In this document: in pieces, positions 17,999-28,077 of the stretch | Position numbering within the stretch: position 1 is the first letter of the stretch | How the letters are laid out: each line of letters begins with the position of its first letter | Assembly: GCA_965284635.1 (NCBI GenBank) | Contig: OZ260097.1 | Coordinates: 2,566,374 to 2,630,373 of the forward strand | Direction: 5' to 3' | DNA: 64,000 bases | From: Caulobacteraceae bacterium | GTDB taxonomy: Bacteria > Pseudomonadota > Alphaproteobacteria > Caulobacterales > Caulobacteraceae | Notes under the pieces: model-generated | Told to the model about the DNA's origin: nothing | Seen by the model: the letters and a program-made list of their open reading frames with translations, nothing else | The model's database searches: none | Made by a program: the position numbers and the translations under genes

Positions 17999-19417
17999 AT
18001 GCGCGCGACACGACTGATCCTTCCGACCCTCGTTCTGCTGGCCGCCTGTTCGGGCCCGGCCCCGAAATCCCAGGCCCAGGACGCGGGCCTCGCCCAGCCG
18101 ACCAAGGCTCCGCCCTCCAGCGTCGAGGGCCTGAAGACCTCCTTCGCGCCCGTGGTGAAACGGGCCGCGCCGGCGGTGGTCAACGTCTCGAGCAAGCGCG
18201 TGGTGCGTCAGCGGGTCGACCCCTTCTGGGACATGTTCACCGGCGGCGGCGTGCCCCAGGCCCGCATCGCCCAGTCGCTCGGCTCGGGCGCCATCGTCCG
18301 CGCCGACGGCGTCATCCTGACCAACAACCACAATATCGAGGGCGCGGACGAGATCATGGTCCAGCTGGCCGACCGGCGGGAGTTCCCGGCCAGGGTCCTG
18401 CTGGCCGACCCACGCTCGGACCTGGCGGTGCTGAAGATCGACACGGGCGGCGAGCGCCTGCCGGTCATCGCCATCGACGACACCGAAGCGCTCGAGGTCG
18501 GCGACCTGGTGCTGGCCATCGGCAACCCGTTCGGCGTCGGCCAGACGGTGACCAACGGCATCATCTCGGCCACGGCCCGCTCCAACGTCGGCATCACCGA
18601 CTACGGCTTCTTCCTGCAGACCGACGCGGCCATCAATCCGGGCAACAGCGGCGGGCCGCTGGTCGACATGGACGGCGACCTGGTCGGCGTCAACACGGCC
18701 ATCCTGTCGCGGTCGGGCACCTCGTCCGGCGTCGGCTTCGCCATTCCAGCGGCGATGGCCCGCCAGGTGATCACCGCCGCGATCGGCGGCGAGCACACGG
18801 TGGTCCGGCCCTGGCTCGGCGCCCGCACCCAGGCGGTGACCCCCGACGTCGCCCGCAGTCTCGGCCTTCCGGCCCCGCGCGGCGTGGTCGTCACCGATGT
18901 CTGGCCCGGCGGCCCGGCCCAGCGCGCCGGCCTCAAGGTCGGTGACGTGATCCTCGATGTCGGCGGCGAGGCGGTCAACGACGAGGGCGGCGCCACCTAC
19001 CAGTTCGGATCGCGCCGGCCCGGCGAGACGGTGCCGGTCAGGATCCTGCGTGACAATGCCGAGCGTGGCCTGACGGTCCGCGCCGAGCCGCCCCCCGGCG
19101 GCCGCGGCGACGAGCGGACCATCTCGGGCCGCAATCCGTTCGAGGGCGCGACGGTCGCCACCCTGTCGCCGGCCGTGGCCGACGAGATCGGCGTCGACCC
19201 CTTCGCCGGCAAGGGCGGCGGCGTGGTCGTCACCCGCGTGGCCCAGGGCTTCGCCCAGCAGGCCGGCCTCAAGCCCGGCGACATGATCCGCGAGGTCAAC
19301 GGCCGCGCCATCGGCTCGATCAACGATCTCAACGCGGCCCTCGGCGGCGGCGGCAAGATCTGGCGCGTGACCATCCAGCGCGGCGGCCGGATCATCACCG
19401 CGGCGTTCCGGACGTAA
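17999..19417 (+). CDS. Do/DegQ-family periplasmic serine endoprotease with two PDZ domains
   Basis: LTNNHN, DLAVLKI, QTDAAINPGNSGGPL; lipoprotein-like LAAC signal. Confidence 0.95.
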   Translation: MRATRLILPTLVLLAACSGPAPKSQAQDAGLAQPTKAPPSSVEGLKTSFAPVVKRAAPAVVNVSSKRVVRQRVDPFWDMFTGGGVPQARIAQSLGSGAIVRADGVILTNNHNIEGADEIMVQLADRREFPARVLLADPRSDLAVLKIDTGGERLPVIAIDDTEALEVGDLVLAIGNPFGVGQTVTNGIISATARSNVGITDYGFFLQTDAAINPGNSGGPLVDMDGDLVGVNTAILSRSGTSSGVGFAIPAAMARQVITAAIGGEHTVVRPWLGARTQAVTPDVARSLGLPAPRGVVVTDVWPGGPAQRAGLKVGDVILDVGGEAVNDEGGATYQFGSRRPGETVPVRILRDNAERGLTVRAEPPPGGRGDERTISGRNPFEGATVATLSPAVADEIGVDPFAGKGGGVVVTRVAQGFAQQAGLKPGDMIREVNGRAIGSINDLNAALGGGGKIWRVTIQRGGRIITAAFRT

Positions 19418-19420
19418 TCA

Positions 19421-19575
19421 ATCCTCCCCACGCAGTGGGGAGGGGGACCACGCGGAGCGTGGTGGAGGGGCAGCGCCGCTGGTCGGTGAGTAGCCGCGTT
19501 CTGGCTCCGCTGGTCGACGCCGGCGCTACCCCTCAGTCACGCTCCGCGCGACAGCTCCCCACAAGTGGGGAGCAT
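19421..19575 (+). repeat. Repeat family C, copy 2
   Basis: ATCCTCCCCACGCAGTGGGGAGGGG...CCCCTCAGTCACGCTCCGCGCGACAGCTCCCCACAAGTGGGGAGCAT. Confidence 0.85.
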
Positions 19576-19606
19576 CGACCGTGATTCAGATGCTACACCC
19601 CCCGTC

Positions 19607-20917
19607 ATGTCCGACCTGTTCGAGGCCGCCGGCCTGACTCCCCACGCCCCAGCCCCGCTCGCCGAGCGGCTGCGGCCGCATGCGCTGGAGGACGTGGTCG
19701 GTCAGGACCACCTGCTCGGCGAAGGCGGGCCGATCCGCCGGATGATCGCCGGTAATCGCCTCGGCTCAATGATCCTCTGGGGCCCGCCCGGCACCGGCAA
19801 GACGACCATCGCCCGGCTGCTGGCCAAGGCCGCCGGCTATGAGTTCCAGCAGATCAGCGCCGTCTTCTCCGGCGTCGCCGACCTCAAGAAGGCCTTCGAG
19901 CAGGCGAAGATGCGTCGCGCGGCCGGCCAGTCGACCTTGCTGTTCGTCGACGAGATCCACCGCTTCAACCGCGCCCAGCAGGACGGCTTCCTGCCGTTCG
20001 TGGAGGAGGGGACCATCACCCTCGTCGGGGCCACGACCGAGAACCCAAGTTTCGAGCTCAACGGGGCCCTGCTGTCGCGCTGTCAGGTCTATGTCCTGCG
20101 CCGGCTGGACGAGGCGGCGATGGAGCAGCTGCTGCAACGGGCCGAGGCGGAAACCGGCCTGACCCTGCCGCTGGAGCCGGCCGCCCGCGAGACCCTGATC
20201 GCCATGGCCGACGGCGATGGCCGTTACCTGCTGACCCTGGCCGAGACCCTGCTGGCCATCGGCTCGCCCAAACCCCTGACCCCGGCCGAGCTGGGCCAGG
20301 TGCTGCAGAAGCGCAGCCCGGCCTACGACAAGGACCGCGAGGAGCACTACAACCTCGTCAGCGCCCTGCATAAGTCGGTGCGCGGCAGCGATCCCGACGC
20401 GGCCCTCTACTGGCTGGCGCGCATGCTCGAGGGCGGCGAGGACCCGTTGTTCATCGCCCGCCGCCTGACCCGCATGGCCAGCGAGGACATCGGCGCGGCC
20501 GATCCGATGAGCCTGCTGCTGTGCAACGCGGCGAAGGACACTTACGACTTCCTCGGCAGCCCCGAGGGCGAGCTGGCCCTGGCCCAGGCCTGCGTGCACA
20601 TGGCCTGCGCGCCCAAGTCGGTGGCCGTCTACAAGGCCTTCGGCGCGGCGCGGAAAGCCGCCCGCGAGACCGGCTCCCTGGCCCCGCCCAGCCACATCCT
20701 CAACGCCCCGACCCGCCTGATGAAGGACCTCGGCTACGGCGCCGGGTATGCCTACGACCCTGATACGGAAGAGGGGTTCTCCGGACAGAACTACTTCCCG
20801 GACGGTATGGAGCGGCGGGTGTTCTACAAGCCGAAAGGCGAGGGCCACGAGGGCAAGGTGCGTGAGCGACTGGAGCGCTGGGCCGGGATGCGGGCGAAGA
20901 AGGGTGGCGCCCAGTGA
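19607..20917 (+). CDS. rarA: Replication-associated recombination protein A (AAA+)
   Basis: [46 protein letters not shown]. Confidence 0.96.
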   Translation: MSDLFEAAGLTPHAPAPLAERLRPHALEDVVGQDHLLGEGGPIRRMIAGNRLGSMILWGPPGTGKTTIARLLAKAAGYEFQQISAVFSGVADLKKAFEQAKMRRAAGQSTLLFVDEIHRFNRAQQDGFLPFVEEGTITLVGATTENPSFELNGALLSRCQVYVLRRLDEAAMEQLLQRAEAETGLTLPLEPAARETLIAMADGDGRYLLTLAETLLAIGSPKPLTPAELGQVLQKRSPAYDKDREEHYNLVSALHKSVRGSDPDAALYWLARMLEGGEDPLFIARRLTRMASEDIGAADPMSLLLCNAAKDTYDFLGSPEGELALAQACVHMACAPKSVAVYKAFGAARKAARETGSLAPPSHILNAPTRLMKDLGYGAGYAYDPDTEEGFSGQNYFPDGMERRVFYKPKGEGHEGKVRERLERWAGMRAKKGGAQ

Positions 20918-20919
20918 CG

Positions 20920-21096
20920 CCCTCTCCCAACGGGAGAGGGAGGGGCCCGGCGCGCAGCGACGGGAGGGTGAGGGGTTACGGTCCCGGCCTGGAAACCCCA
21001 CTCACCTTGATCCCTCATCCGACCTGCGGAGTTTATCCTCGGGTCGGCCGTTGGCCGAGCCCGGGGGCAGGCCACCGTCTCCCTCCGGGAGAAGGA
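20920..21096 (+). repeat. Palindromic intergenic repeat family B, copy 1 (contains nested sub-module 21037-21067)
   Basis: CCCTCTCCC-n-GGGAGAGGG...GGGAGGGTGAGGGGTTACGG...CTCCC-n-GGGAGAAGG; copies at 30286, 34257, 39430, partial 32045. Confidence 0.88.
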
Positions 21097-21101
21097 AGAC
21101 C

Positions 21102-21869
21102 ATGAGTCCCCGCCCGCCCAAGAAGATCAAGGCCCACGAGAAGCCGATCACCCTCACGCCGGAGGAGATCGCCTTCATCCAGGGCATCGTGATCGCGCAG
21201 GACGCCCACATCATCGCCCTGAACAAGCCGGCGGGCCTGTCGAGCCAGGGCGGGCGGATCAACGCCAATACGCTCGACGAGCTGACCTGGGCCTTCGCGA
21301 AACCCGGCGGCTCGCGACCGCGGCTGGTGCACCGGCTGGACCGCGACACCTCGGGCGTGATCCTCACCGCCCGCACCCAGCCGGCCGCAAGTTTCCTCGG
21401 CAAGGCCATGATTGCGAAGCGCTTTCGCAAAACCTACCTGGCCATCGTCGCGCCCGGCGCGCCCTCGCCGAAGGGCGGCGTCATCGACAGCCCGCTGCGC
21501 CGCGAGAGCATCGGCCGCGAGGCCTACATGCGCATATCGGCGCCCGACCACCCCGACGCCGAGACCGCCAGGACCCGCTACCGAACCCTCGCGGCCACGC
21601 CCGAGGCGGCGCTGATGGAGCTGAGCCCCGAGACTGGCCGCATGCACCAGCTGCGCGTGCACATGGCCAGTCTCGGCCGGCCGATCATCGGCGACGCCCG
21701 CTACGGCGGGGCCCTGATGGCCGGCGGCCTGCCGGTGCCGCGGCTTATGCTGCACGCGGTCAAGCTGACCTTCCCGCACCCGGACGGGGAGACGATGACC
21801 ATCGAAGCCCCGCCGCCGGAGGACTTCCAGCGGCTGGCGGCCGGGCTGGGGCTGACTATTCCGAACTGA
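21102..21869 (+). CDS. RluA-family pseudouridine synthase (no S4 domain)
   Basis: [44 protein letters not shown]. Confidence 0.93.
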   Translation: MSPRPPKKIKAHEKPITLTPEEIAFIQGIVIAQDAHIIALNKPAGLSSQGGRINANTLDELTWAFAKPGGSRPRLVHRLDRDTSGVILTARTQPAASFLGKAMIAKRFRKTYLAIVAPGAPSPKGGVIDSPLRRESIGREAYMRISAPDHPDAETARTRYRTLAATPEAALMELSPETGRMHQLRVHMASLGRPIIGDARYGGALMAGGLPVPRLMLHAVKLTFPHPDGETMTIEAPPPEDFQRLAAGLGLTIPN

Positions 21870-21876
21870 AGCAGCC

Positions 21877-21991
21877 TGCGTGGTTCGACACGCCGCTGCG
21901 CGGCTGCTCACCATGACTTGGGTGTGTGGCGCGTCCTGAATGCCAGTCATCCTGAGCAGCCGCCGAAGGCGGCGTGTCGAAGGACGCACGC
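21877..21991 (+). repeat. Repeat family A, copy 2
   Basis: TGCGTGGTTCGACACGCC...CTCACCATGAC / GTCATCCTGAGC...GTGTCGAAGGACGCAC between convergent genes. Confidence 0.88.
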
Positions 21992-23218
21992 TCACGCCGC
22001 CGGCTGCTGCTCCAGCGTCATCGACGCCACCCGCAGCGACGCATGGGTCAGCCCGGCCGTCTCGGCCACGGCGAAGAAGCCGTCGGAGGGCAGGCCCTGG
22101 ACGGCCAGGGCCGGGGCCATGCCGCGCGCCTGGCGGCCGAACTCGAGGATCTGGCTGGCGATGCGGCTGTCCGGGCCGGGCAGGTCGGCGGCGTCCAGCG
22201 TCACCCCCAGCAACCGCACCCCGGTCAGCGGCGCCACGGCGGCCTTGCCCGGTTGGACCCGGGCGAACACGCCGCGACAGACGCTCTTGAGCAGTCCGAC
22301 CACCTCGATCAGCCGGGCCAGCGGCGCGCCGCGGTCGATGTCGACCAGTTCCAGCATCATGCTGGCCTTGACCCGTCCGGCGGCGACGCCGGCGCAGTTG
22401 ATCAGCATCGCGCGGCCCTTTCGGGTGGCCATGCTGCGGAACGACACCGGCACGATCAGCGCCGGCTGGTTGGGCCCATCGACGCGCGGCAGGAACAGGG
22501 CGGCGAAGTCGAGCGTCGCCTGGTCGATCTTCAGCATGTCGTCGTCCGACAGCCTGGCGAAGGCCCGCGCCGGCACGACGCGGCCGGTGGTCGTCTCCGT
22601 CACCGTCGGCTCGATGCGCAGCGCGGCCGTCATATCGTGCTTGAGGCTGTGCACCTCCTCGACGGCGAAATCGATGCGCAGGGCCAGGCCGGCCGCGGCC
22701 TGGAAGCTGAACGGGTTACGCTTGCGCAGGTCTTCCGGGTCGACCTGCGGGCGTTCCGGGGGCGGGCCCGCCACGGCCTCGCGGGGCCGGGTCTGCAGGA
22801 TGAACACCGGATCGAGCGGGGCGCAGGACACCTCGCCGTTCGCCAGCGAGGTCACCGCGCGCACGGACATGTCGCGCGGCTCGGCGGCGCCCAGGAAGTG
22901 CATCAGCACCTCTTCCAGCACCTTCAGCGCCACGGCCTGGGCCGCGACGCCCTCCTCGCTGGTCATGGCGATGAGGTAGTCGGTCTCACCCACCCGCTGG
23001 GCCAGATCCTGGTAGGTCAGGTGTTCGGCCAGCCTGCGTTCGACATAGGCCCAGACGTCGGGCTGCTTGCGCGGCCAGCGGTCGCCGCTGCGATCACGGA
23101 TGGCCGCCAGGCTGATGATGTTCACGGCGCCGCGACCCATCAGGTCGTGGCCGCCGAAGCGTTCCAGCATCGCCGCGACGTCCGCGGCGTTCAGGCGATC
23201 AACGGGAGCGGTGTTCAT
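21992..23218 (-). CDS. Hypothetical protein with probable degenerate GGDEF-like and EAL-like domains
   Basis: N-terminal QRVGETDYLIAM segment in a GGDEF-like context; C-terminal LIVPVS...MMLELVD TIM-barrel-like pattern lacking the EAL catalytic motif. Fold call is inference. Confidence 0.6.
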   Translation of the reverse strand: MNTAPVDRLNAADVAAMLERFGGHDLMGRGAVNIISLAAIRDRSGDRWPRKQPDVWAYVERRLAEHLTYQDLAQRVGETDYLIAMTSEEGVAAQAVALKVLEEVLMHFLGAAEPRDMSVRAVTSLANGEVSCAPLDPVFILQTRPREAVAGPPPERPQVDPEDLRKRNPFSFQAAAGLALRIDFAVEEVHSLKHDMTAALRIEPTVTETTTGRVVPARAFARLSDDDMLKIDQATLDFAALFLPRVDGPNQPALIVPVSFRSMATRKGRAMLINCAGVAAGRVKASMMLELVDIDRGAPLARLIEVVGLLKSVCRGVFARVQPGKAAVAPLTGVRLLGVTLDAADLPGPDSRIASQILEFGRQARGMAPALAVQGLPSDGFFAVAETAGLTHASLRVASMTLEQQPAA

Positions 23219-23267
23219 GAGCCTTCGCGAGCCGGACGTCAGGGGTCCCCACAATGGGCCGCTTCAC

Positions 23268-23282
23268 TTAACGCGGCGTTGA
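23268..23282. promoter_or_regulatory. CtrA-like box upstream of the GGDEF/EAL-like gene
   Basis: TTAA-N7-TTGA (one mismatch to TTAA-N7-TTAA), 50 bp upstream of the ATG. Confidence 0.5.
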
Positions 23283-23377
23283 GGCATACCGCCGCGCCAC
23301 GCCGAAAAGCCGGGCTGGACCAGCCGGCGAACCTTGCGACGTTCGACAGGGGAACGCTCCCGTCGCATAAGAGGTCC

Positions 23378-23764
23378 ATGGACAAGCTTTTCCTCGTCGC
23401 CGCCGGCGGCGCAACCGGCGCCGTGATGCGCTATCTGACCGGCGTGGGGATGACCCGCGCCCTCGGATCCGGCTGGCCGTACGGGACGCTGACGGTCAAT
23501 GTCGCCGGCGGTCTGGCCATGGGCCTGCTGGTCGGCCTGCTGGCCCAGCGGGGCGGAGACGACCAGGAGCGCTGGCGCGCGCTGCTCGGCGTCGGCGTGC
23601 TCGGCGGCTTCACTACCTTTTCGGCCTTCTCTCTCGAGGTCGCCCTGATGATCGAGCGTCGCCAGACGCCCCAGGCATTCGGCTACGCGACCCTGTCGGT
23701 CGTGCTGTCCGTCGCCGCCCTGTTCGCCGGCCTGATGCTGGCGCGAAAGCTGACCGCCGCATGA
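23378..23764 (+). CDS. crcB: Fluoride efflux channel CrcB/FluC
   Basis: GGATGAVMRY, GWPYGTLTVN, GVLGGFTTFSAFSLE. Confidence 0.96.
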   Translation: MDKLFLVAAGGATGAVMRYLTGVGMTRALGSGWPYGTLTVNVAGGLAMGLLVGLLAQRGGDDQERWRALLGVGVLGGFTTFSAFSLEVALMIERRQTPQAFGYATLSVVLSVAALFAGLMLARKLTAA

Positions 23765-24936
23765 CCGACCGTGAAGTCAAAACCCTGTTCGTCGATCCCG
23801 GTGAGGCCGGCGAAGACGGCGTGCGCCTGGACCGCTGGTTCCGTCGCCGCTGGCCGCACCTGACCCAGGTCCAGATCCAGCGCATGGCCCGCTCCGGCCA
23901 GATCCGCGTCGACGGCTCGCGCGCCAAGGCCGACACCCGGCTGCAGGCCGGCTCGCAGGTCCGCGTCCCGCCGCTGCCCGACACGCCGGAGCCTGGCGAA
24001 CGCTTCGTCCTGTCCGACCGCGACGCCAAGTTCGCCCGATCGCTGGTGATCTACGAGGACGAGGAGGTGCTGGTGCTCAACAAGCCGGCCGGCCTCGCCG
24101 TCCAGGGCGGCACCAAGACCAGCCAGCACGTCGACCGCCTGCTGTCGGCCTGGGGGGAGGGGCTGGAGCGCCCCCGCCTGGTCCACCGGCTCGACCGCGA
24201 TACCTCCGGCGTGCTGGTGCTGGGCAAGACGCCCGCCGCCGCCGCCCGCCTGTCGGGCGCCTTCGCCCGCCACAAGGCGCAGAAGACCTACTGGGCGCTG
24301 GTCGTCGGCACGCCGCACCCGACCGAGGGCATCATCGACGTGCCCCTGGCCAAGAAGGGCATCAACGACCGCGAGATGGTCGTGCCGGTCGATCCCAAGG
24401 ATCCCAAGGCCGAGGCGGCCGAGACCGAGTTCGTCACCATCAGCCGCGCCGGGCCGCGCGTGTCCTGGATGGCCCTGCGCCCGCACACCGGCCGCACGCA
24501 CCAGCTGCGCGCCCACATGAAGGCCATGGGCCACCCGATCCTCGGCGATCCCAAGTACGGCGACGAGAAGAGCAACGCCCTGTCCGCCGGCCTGCAGCTG
24601 CAGCTGCACGCGCGCCGGCTGGTCATTCCGCACCCCTCCCAAGGCCTGCTGGCCATCGAGGCCCCGCTGAGCAAGGAGATGAAGGAAGGCTTCGCCCGCT
24701 TCGGCTTCGACGAGCACGAGGCCGACCCCGAACCCTTCGCCCGCAAGGCCGGCCCGGTCGCCAAGAGCAGCCCCAGGAGCAGCAGCCCGAAGAGCGGCCC
24801 CAAGAGCAGCCCCAAAAGCACCAGCCCCAGGAGCACCAGCCCCAGGAGCACCAGCCCCAAGAGCGGCCCCAAGAGCAGCAGCCCCAGGAGCAGCGGCGCC
24901 GGGAGCAGCATCAGCAAGAGCAGCAAGAAGCGGTGA
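23761..24936 (+). CDS. RluA-family pseudouridine synthase with S4 domain (RluC-like) and Ser/Pro/Lys/Arg-rich tail
   Basis: S4 domain (RLDRWF...RSGQIRVDG), [19 protein letters not shown]; low-complexity C-terminal repeats. Confidence 0.93.
   Translation: MTDREVKTLFVDPGEAGEDGVRLDRWFRRRWPHLTQVQIQRMARSGQIRVDGSRAKADTRLQAGSQVRVPPLPDTPEPGERFVLSDRDAKFARSLVIYEDEEVLVLNKPAGLAVQGGTKTSQHVDRLLSAWGEGLERPRLVHRLDRDTSGVLVLGKTPAAAARLSGAFARHKAQKTYWALVVGTPHPTEGIIDVPLAKKGINDREMVVPVDPKDPKAEAAETEFVTISRAGPRVSWMALRPHTGRTHQLRAHMKAMGHPILGDPKYGDEKSNALSAGLQLQLHARRLVIPHPSQGLLAIEAPLSKEMKEGFARFGFDEHEADPEPFARKAGPVAKSSPRSSSPKSGPKSSPKSTSPRSTSPRSTSPKSGPKSSSPRSSGAGSSISKSSKKR
24763..24933 (+). repeat. Coding tandem repeat (S/T)SP(R/K)
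   Basis: AGCACCAGCCCCAGG at 24817 and 24832, near-identical unit at 24847, plus variants; all Ser codons are AGC. Confidence 0.9.
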
Positions 24937-24970
24937 GCGACGCCATGTCGAAGCCGGCCCTGTTGATCCC

Positions 24971-26794
24971 GTGATGGACATCAGGCAGGCGTTCGCGTCC
25001 GCCGCCGGCCTGCTGGAGGCCGGCCATGCGGCCGAGGCGGCGGCCGTGCTGGGGCCGCTGGCCCGGGCTCACCCCGGCGATCCGGCGGTGCGTCACCTGC
25101 ATGGCCTCGCGCTGTATGAGCGGGGCGACGCGGCCGCGGCCGCCGCCGAACTGCGCGCGGCCCTGGCCGTCGACGACCGTCCGGCCCAGGTGCATCTCGA
25201 CCTCGCCGAAATGCTGCGGGCGACCGGCGACATCGACGGCATGGGGCGGTCGCTGGGCGCGGCCCTGGCCCGGGACCCGGGCTTCATCCCCGCGGCCGCG
25301 ATGCTGGCCGACTGGCTGGTCAGCCAGGACCGGGCCGACGAGGCGCTTGCCGTGACCCTGGCCATGACCGGGCGTTCGCCGGACCCGGCCGCCGTCGGGC
25401 TGCATCTGGAGATCCTCCGCGCGGCGGGACGCGCCGACGAGGCCATCGCGGTGATCGAGGGGATGGTCGCCCGGTCCGGCGGCAATCCGGCGCTCGAACA
25501 GGACCTCGCCCTTCGGCTGGTCGAGGCCGAACGGTATGCGGACGCCGAGGGGGCGGCCGACCGCGCCATCGCCCGGGGGCAGGCGGGCCCCGAGGTGCGC
25601 CGTGTCCGCGCCCGGGCGCTGCAGGGGCTCGGCCGGTTCGACGAGGCCGAGGCCGGCTTCCGCGAGGCGCTGGAACGGCGCCCCGATTTCGCCATGGCCC
25701 ACCGTGACCTGGCCCAGCTGGTCTGGATGCGCACGGCCGACGCCGATCTGGCGACGGAAGCGCTCGACGCGGCTATCGCCGCCCATCCGGCGGCGACCGA
25801 CCTCTCGATCATCAAGGCCCAGCTGCTCGACTACGCCGGTCGGACGGCGGACGGCTACGCGGTGCTGGCGCCCCTCGTCGACCGGCCGGCGGCGGATCCC
25901 GTCGTCGAGCGGATCGCCTCGCAACTGGCCCTGACGCTGGACCCGGGCCGGGCGCTGGCCCATGCCGAACGCGCGCTGTCCAGGACGCCGCACGACGCGG
26001 ACGCGCTGGTGGCGGCCGCCGAGGCCGGTCTTGCGGCCGGTCAGCCGGACCTCGCCGCCCGGCGGGCCCAGGCGCTGCTCAACCAGGCCCCGTTCAACCA
26101 GCAGGCCATCGCGTTGCAGACCACCGCCTGGCGGCTGCTCGGCGATCCCCGCTACGCCGCCCTCTGTGACTATGAGCGGGTCGTCCAGACGCGCCGCCTC
26201 GAGCCGCCGGCGGGCTGGGCCTCGCTGGAGGCCTGGCTGGCCGACCTGGCCGAGGCGCTGAACGGCATGCACGGCTTCAAGGCCCATCCCGTCGGCCAGT
26301 CCCTGCGCCAGGGCAGCCAGACCAGCCAGAGCCTCGATCGCGCCGTCGATCCGGCGATCCGCGGCTTCTTCGACGCCATTCGCGCGCCCATCCGGAGCTA
26401 TATCGACGGTCTTGGCGCGGGCAGGGACCCCCTGCGGGCGCGCCGCCGCGACGACTTCCGGCTCAGCGGGTCCTGGTCGGTGCGGCTCCAGCCGGGCGGC
26501 CGCCACGTGAACCACGTGCATCCCGCCGGCTGGCTGTCGTCGGCCTGCTATGTCGCGCTGCCGGACGCGGTCGAGGGGGGCGGCCGGGAGGGCTGGATCA
26601 GCTTCGGCGAGCCGGGCGTGCCGACCGTTCCGCCGCTGCCGGCCGAACACTGGGTCAAGCCCGAGCCCGGCCTGCTGGTGCTGTTCCCGTCCTACCTGTG
26701 GCACGGCACGGCGCCGTTCGGCGGCGACCAGAGCCGCCTGACCTGCGCGTTTGATGTGAGGCCGGCGGGGCGGGGAGTAGGGGCTAGGGGCTAG
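24971..26794 (+). CDS. TPR-repeat protein with C-terminal putative 2OG-Fe(II) oxygenase domain
   Basis: Ala-rich TPR helices; SWSVRLQPGGRHVNHVHPAGWLSSACYV and LFPSYLWHGT...RLTCAFD. Confidence 0.85.
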   Translation: MMDIRQAFASAAGLLEAGHAAEAAAVLGPLARAHPGDPAVRHLHGLALYERGDAAAAAAELRAALAVDDRPAQVHLDLAEMLRATGDIDGMGRSLGAALARDPGFIPAAAMLADWLVSQDRADEALAVTLAMTGRSPDPAAVGLHLEILRAAGRADEAIAVIEGMVARSGGNPALEQDLALRLVEAERYADAEGAADRAIARGQAGPEVRRVRARALQGLGRFDEAEAGFREALERRPDFAMAHRDLAQLVWMRTADADLATEALDAAIAAHPAATDLSIIKAQLLDYAGRTADGYAVLAPLVDRPAADPVVERIASQLALTLDPGRALAHAERALSRTPHDADALVAAAEAGLAAGQPDLAARRAQALLNQAPFNQQAIALQTTAWRLLGDPRYAALCDYERVVQTRRLEPPAGWASLEAWLADLAEALNGMHGFKAHPVGQSLRQGSQTSQSLDRAVDPAIRGFFDAIRAPIRSYIDGLGAGRDPLRARRRDDFRLSGSWSVRLQPGGRHVNHVHPAGWLSSACYVALPDAVEGGGREGWISFGEPGVPTVPPLPAEHWVKPEPGLLVLFPSYLWHGTAPFGGDQSRLTCAFDVRPAGRGVGARG

Positions 26795-26842
26795 TGAAGC
26801 GTCGCCGCCACCGCGCCCTAACCCCTAGCCCCTAGCCCCTAA
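26767..26842. repeat. TAGGGGC heptamer inverted-repeat element, copy 1
   Basis: GGGGCGGGGAGTAGGGGCTAGGGGCTAG ... CCCTAACCCCTAGCCCCTAGCCCCTAA between convergent genes. Confidence 0.85.
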
Positions 26843-28077
26843 ACCACCCCCGCCACCGCCCGCACGTCGGCGCTGCCGGGAAACACCACGCTGTCCAGCG
26901 CGGCGCGGTCGATGCCCAGGTGGTCGGCCAGCACGCCCTTGAACAGGCCGCGCATGTCCAGCGTCGGGCGGGTGTCGCGGTTCTCGAACAGGGCCTCGGA
27001 CCGCAGGGTTGGCCAGTCGCCGATGATCCCGCCGGGCTTCAGCGCCCCGCCCAGAAGCAGCGCCGTCGAGCCGGTGCCATGGTCGGTGCCGCCGGTGCCG
27101 TTGATCCGCGCGGTGCGGCCGAACTCGGTGGCCACGACCACGACGGTATCCTCCCAGCTGTCGCCCAGCCCGTCGTTGAGGCCCGAAATCAGCGCGTCGA
27201 GATACAGCAGCCGCGTGGCCAGCTGGCCCTCGGCCGCGCCCTGGTTGGCGTGGGTGTCCCAGCCGTCGACGCTGATGGCCACGATCTGCGGCCCGTCCGG
27301 CTGGGTCATGAAGCCGGCGACGGTCTTGCCGAGGGTCCGGGCGGTCGCCTGGCCCTGGCGGACAAAGCCGGCCACGCCGCCCTGACCGGGCGCGGCCATG
27401 CCGCCACCCATGCCGGTCTGCGACGCGGTCGCCGTCGCCGCCATGGCCTCGGTCTCCAGCCCGCTGGCCAGGGCCGGGGCGAGCAGGGGATCGCCGGCGT
27501 ACAGGTCGGCCAGGATGCCGGGCAGGCGCGGGCTGCCTTCGCCGACCGCGCCCGGCGACCAGGAGGCGGTCTGCACCGGTCCGCGCAGGATCAGCGGCGC
27601 GGTGGCCCCCACCGACAGCGCCTCGATCGTCCGCCCGCCGGCGGCCCGCAGGGCGCGGTTGAGGAAGCCGGACGCCGTGCCGTAGACCACCGCCCCGCCG
27701 CTCTCGAGCACGTCCTGCGCCTCGAAATGCGAGCGGGCGCGGTCGGGGCTGGCGATGGCCGGGGCGATGCGCGCCTGACCCTTCAGCGCCAGGGCGTGAA
27801 CGCCAGCCAGCGCCGGGTGCAGGGCGAAGGTCCCGTCCAGTTTCAGCGCCGCCTCGGCCGGGATGGCGATCCGGCCGCGCAGGCCCGCGTAGTCGGGATC
27901 CCCGACCGGTGGCGACACCGACAGCCCGTCCATGCCGCCCCGGGCGACGATGGTGATCAGTTTCCGGCGACCAACCGCCTCATCGGCGAAGGCGGCGCGG
28001 CCCATGAAGCCGACCGACAGGCCGAGGCCGCCGGCGGCGGCGAGCAGGGCGCGGCGCGAGGGGGTGAAACGGGTCAT
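26839..28077 (-). CDS. DUF1501 domain protein with Tat signal
   Basis: SRRALL twin-arginine signal; GGMDGL, RSHFEAQ, GWDTHANQ, TEFGRT...GTDHG. Confidence 0.9.
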   Translation of the reverse strand: MTRFTPSRRALLAAAGGLGLSVGFMGRAAFADEAVGRRKLITIVARGGMDGLSVSPPVGDPDYAGLRGRIAIPAEAALKLDGTFALHPALAGVHALALKGQARIAPAIASPDRARSHFEAQDVLESGGAVVYGTASGFLNRALRAAGGRTIEALSVGATAPLILRGPVQTASWSPGAVGEGSPRLPGILADLYAGDPLLAPALASGLETEAMAATATASQTGMGGGMAAPGQGGVAGFVRQGQATARTLGKTVAGFMTQPDGPQIVAISVDGWDTHANQGAAEGQLATRLLYLDALISGLNDGLGDSWEDTVVVVATEFGRTARINGTGGTDHGTGSTALLLGGALKPGGIIGDWPTLRSEALFENRDTRPTLDMRGLFKGVLADHLGIDRAALDSVVFPGSADVRAVAGVV

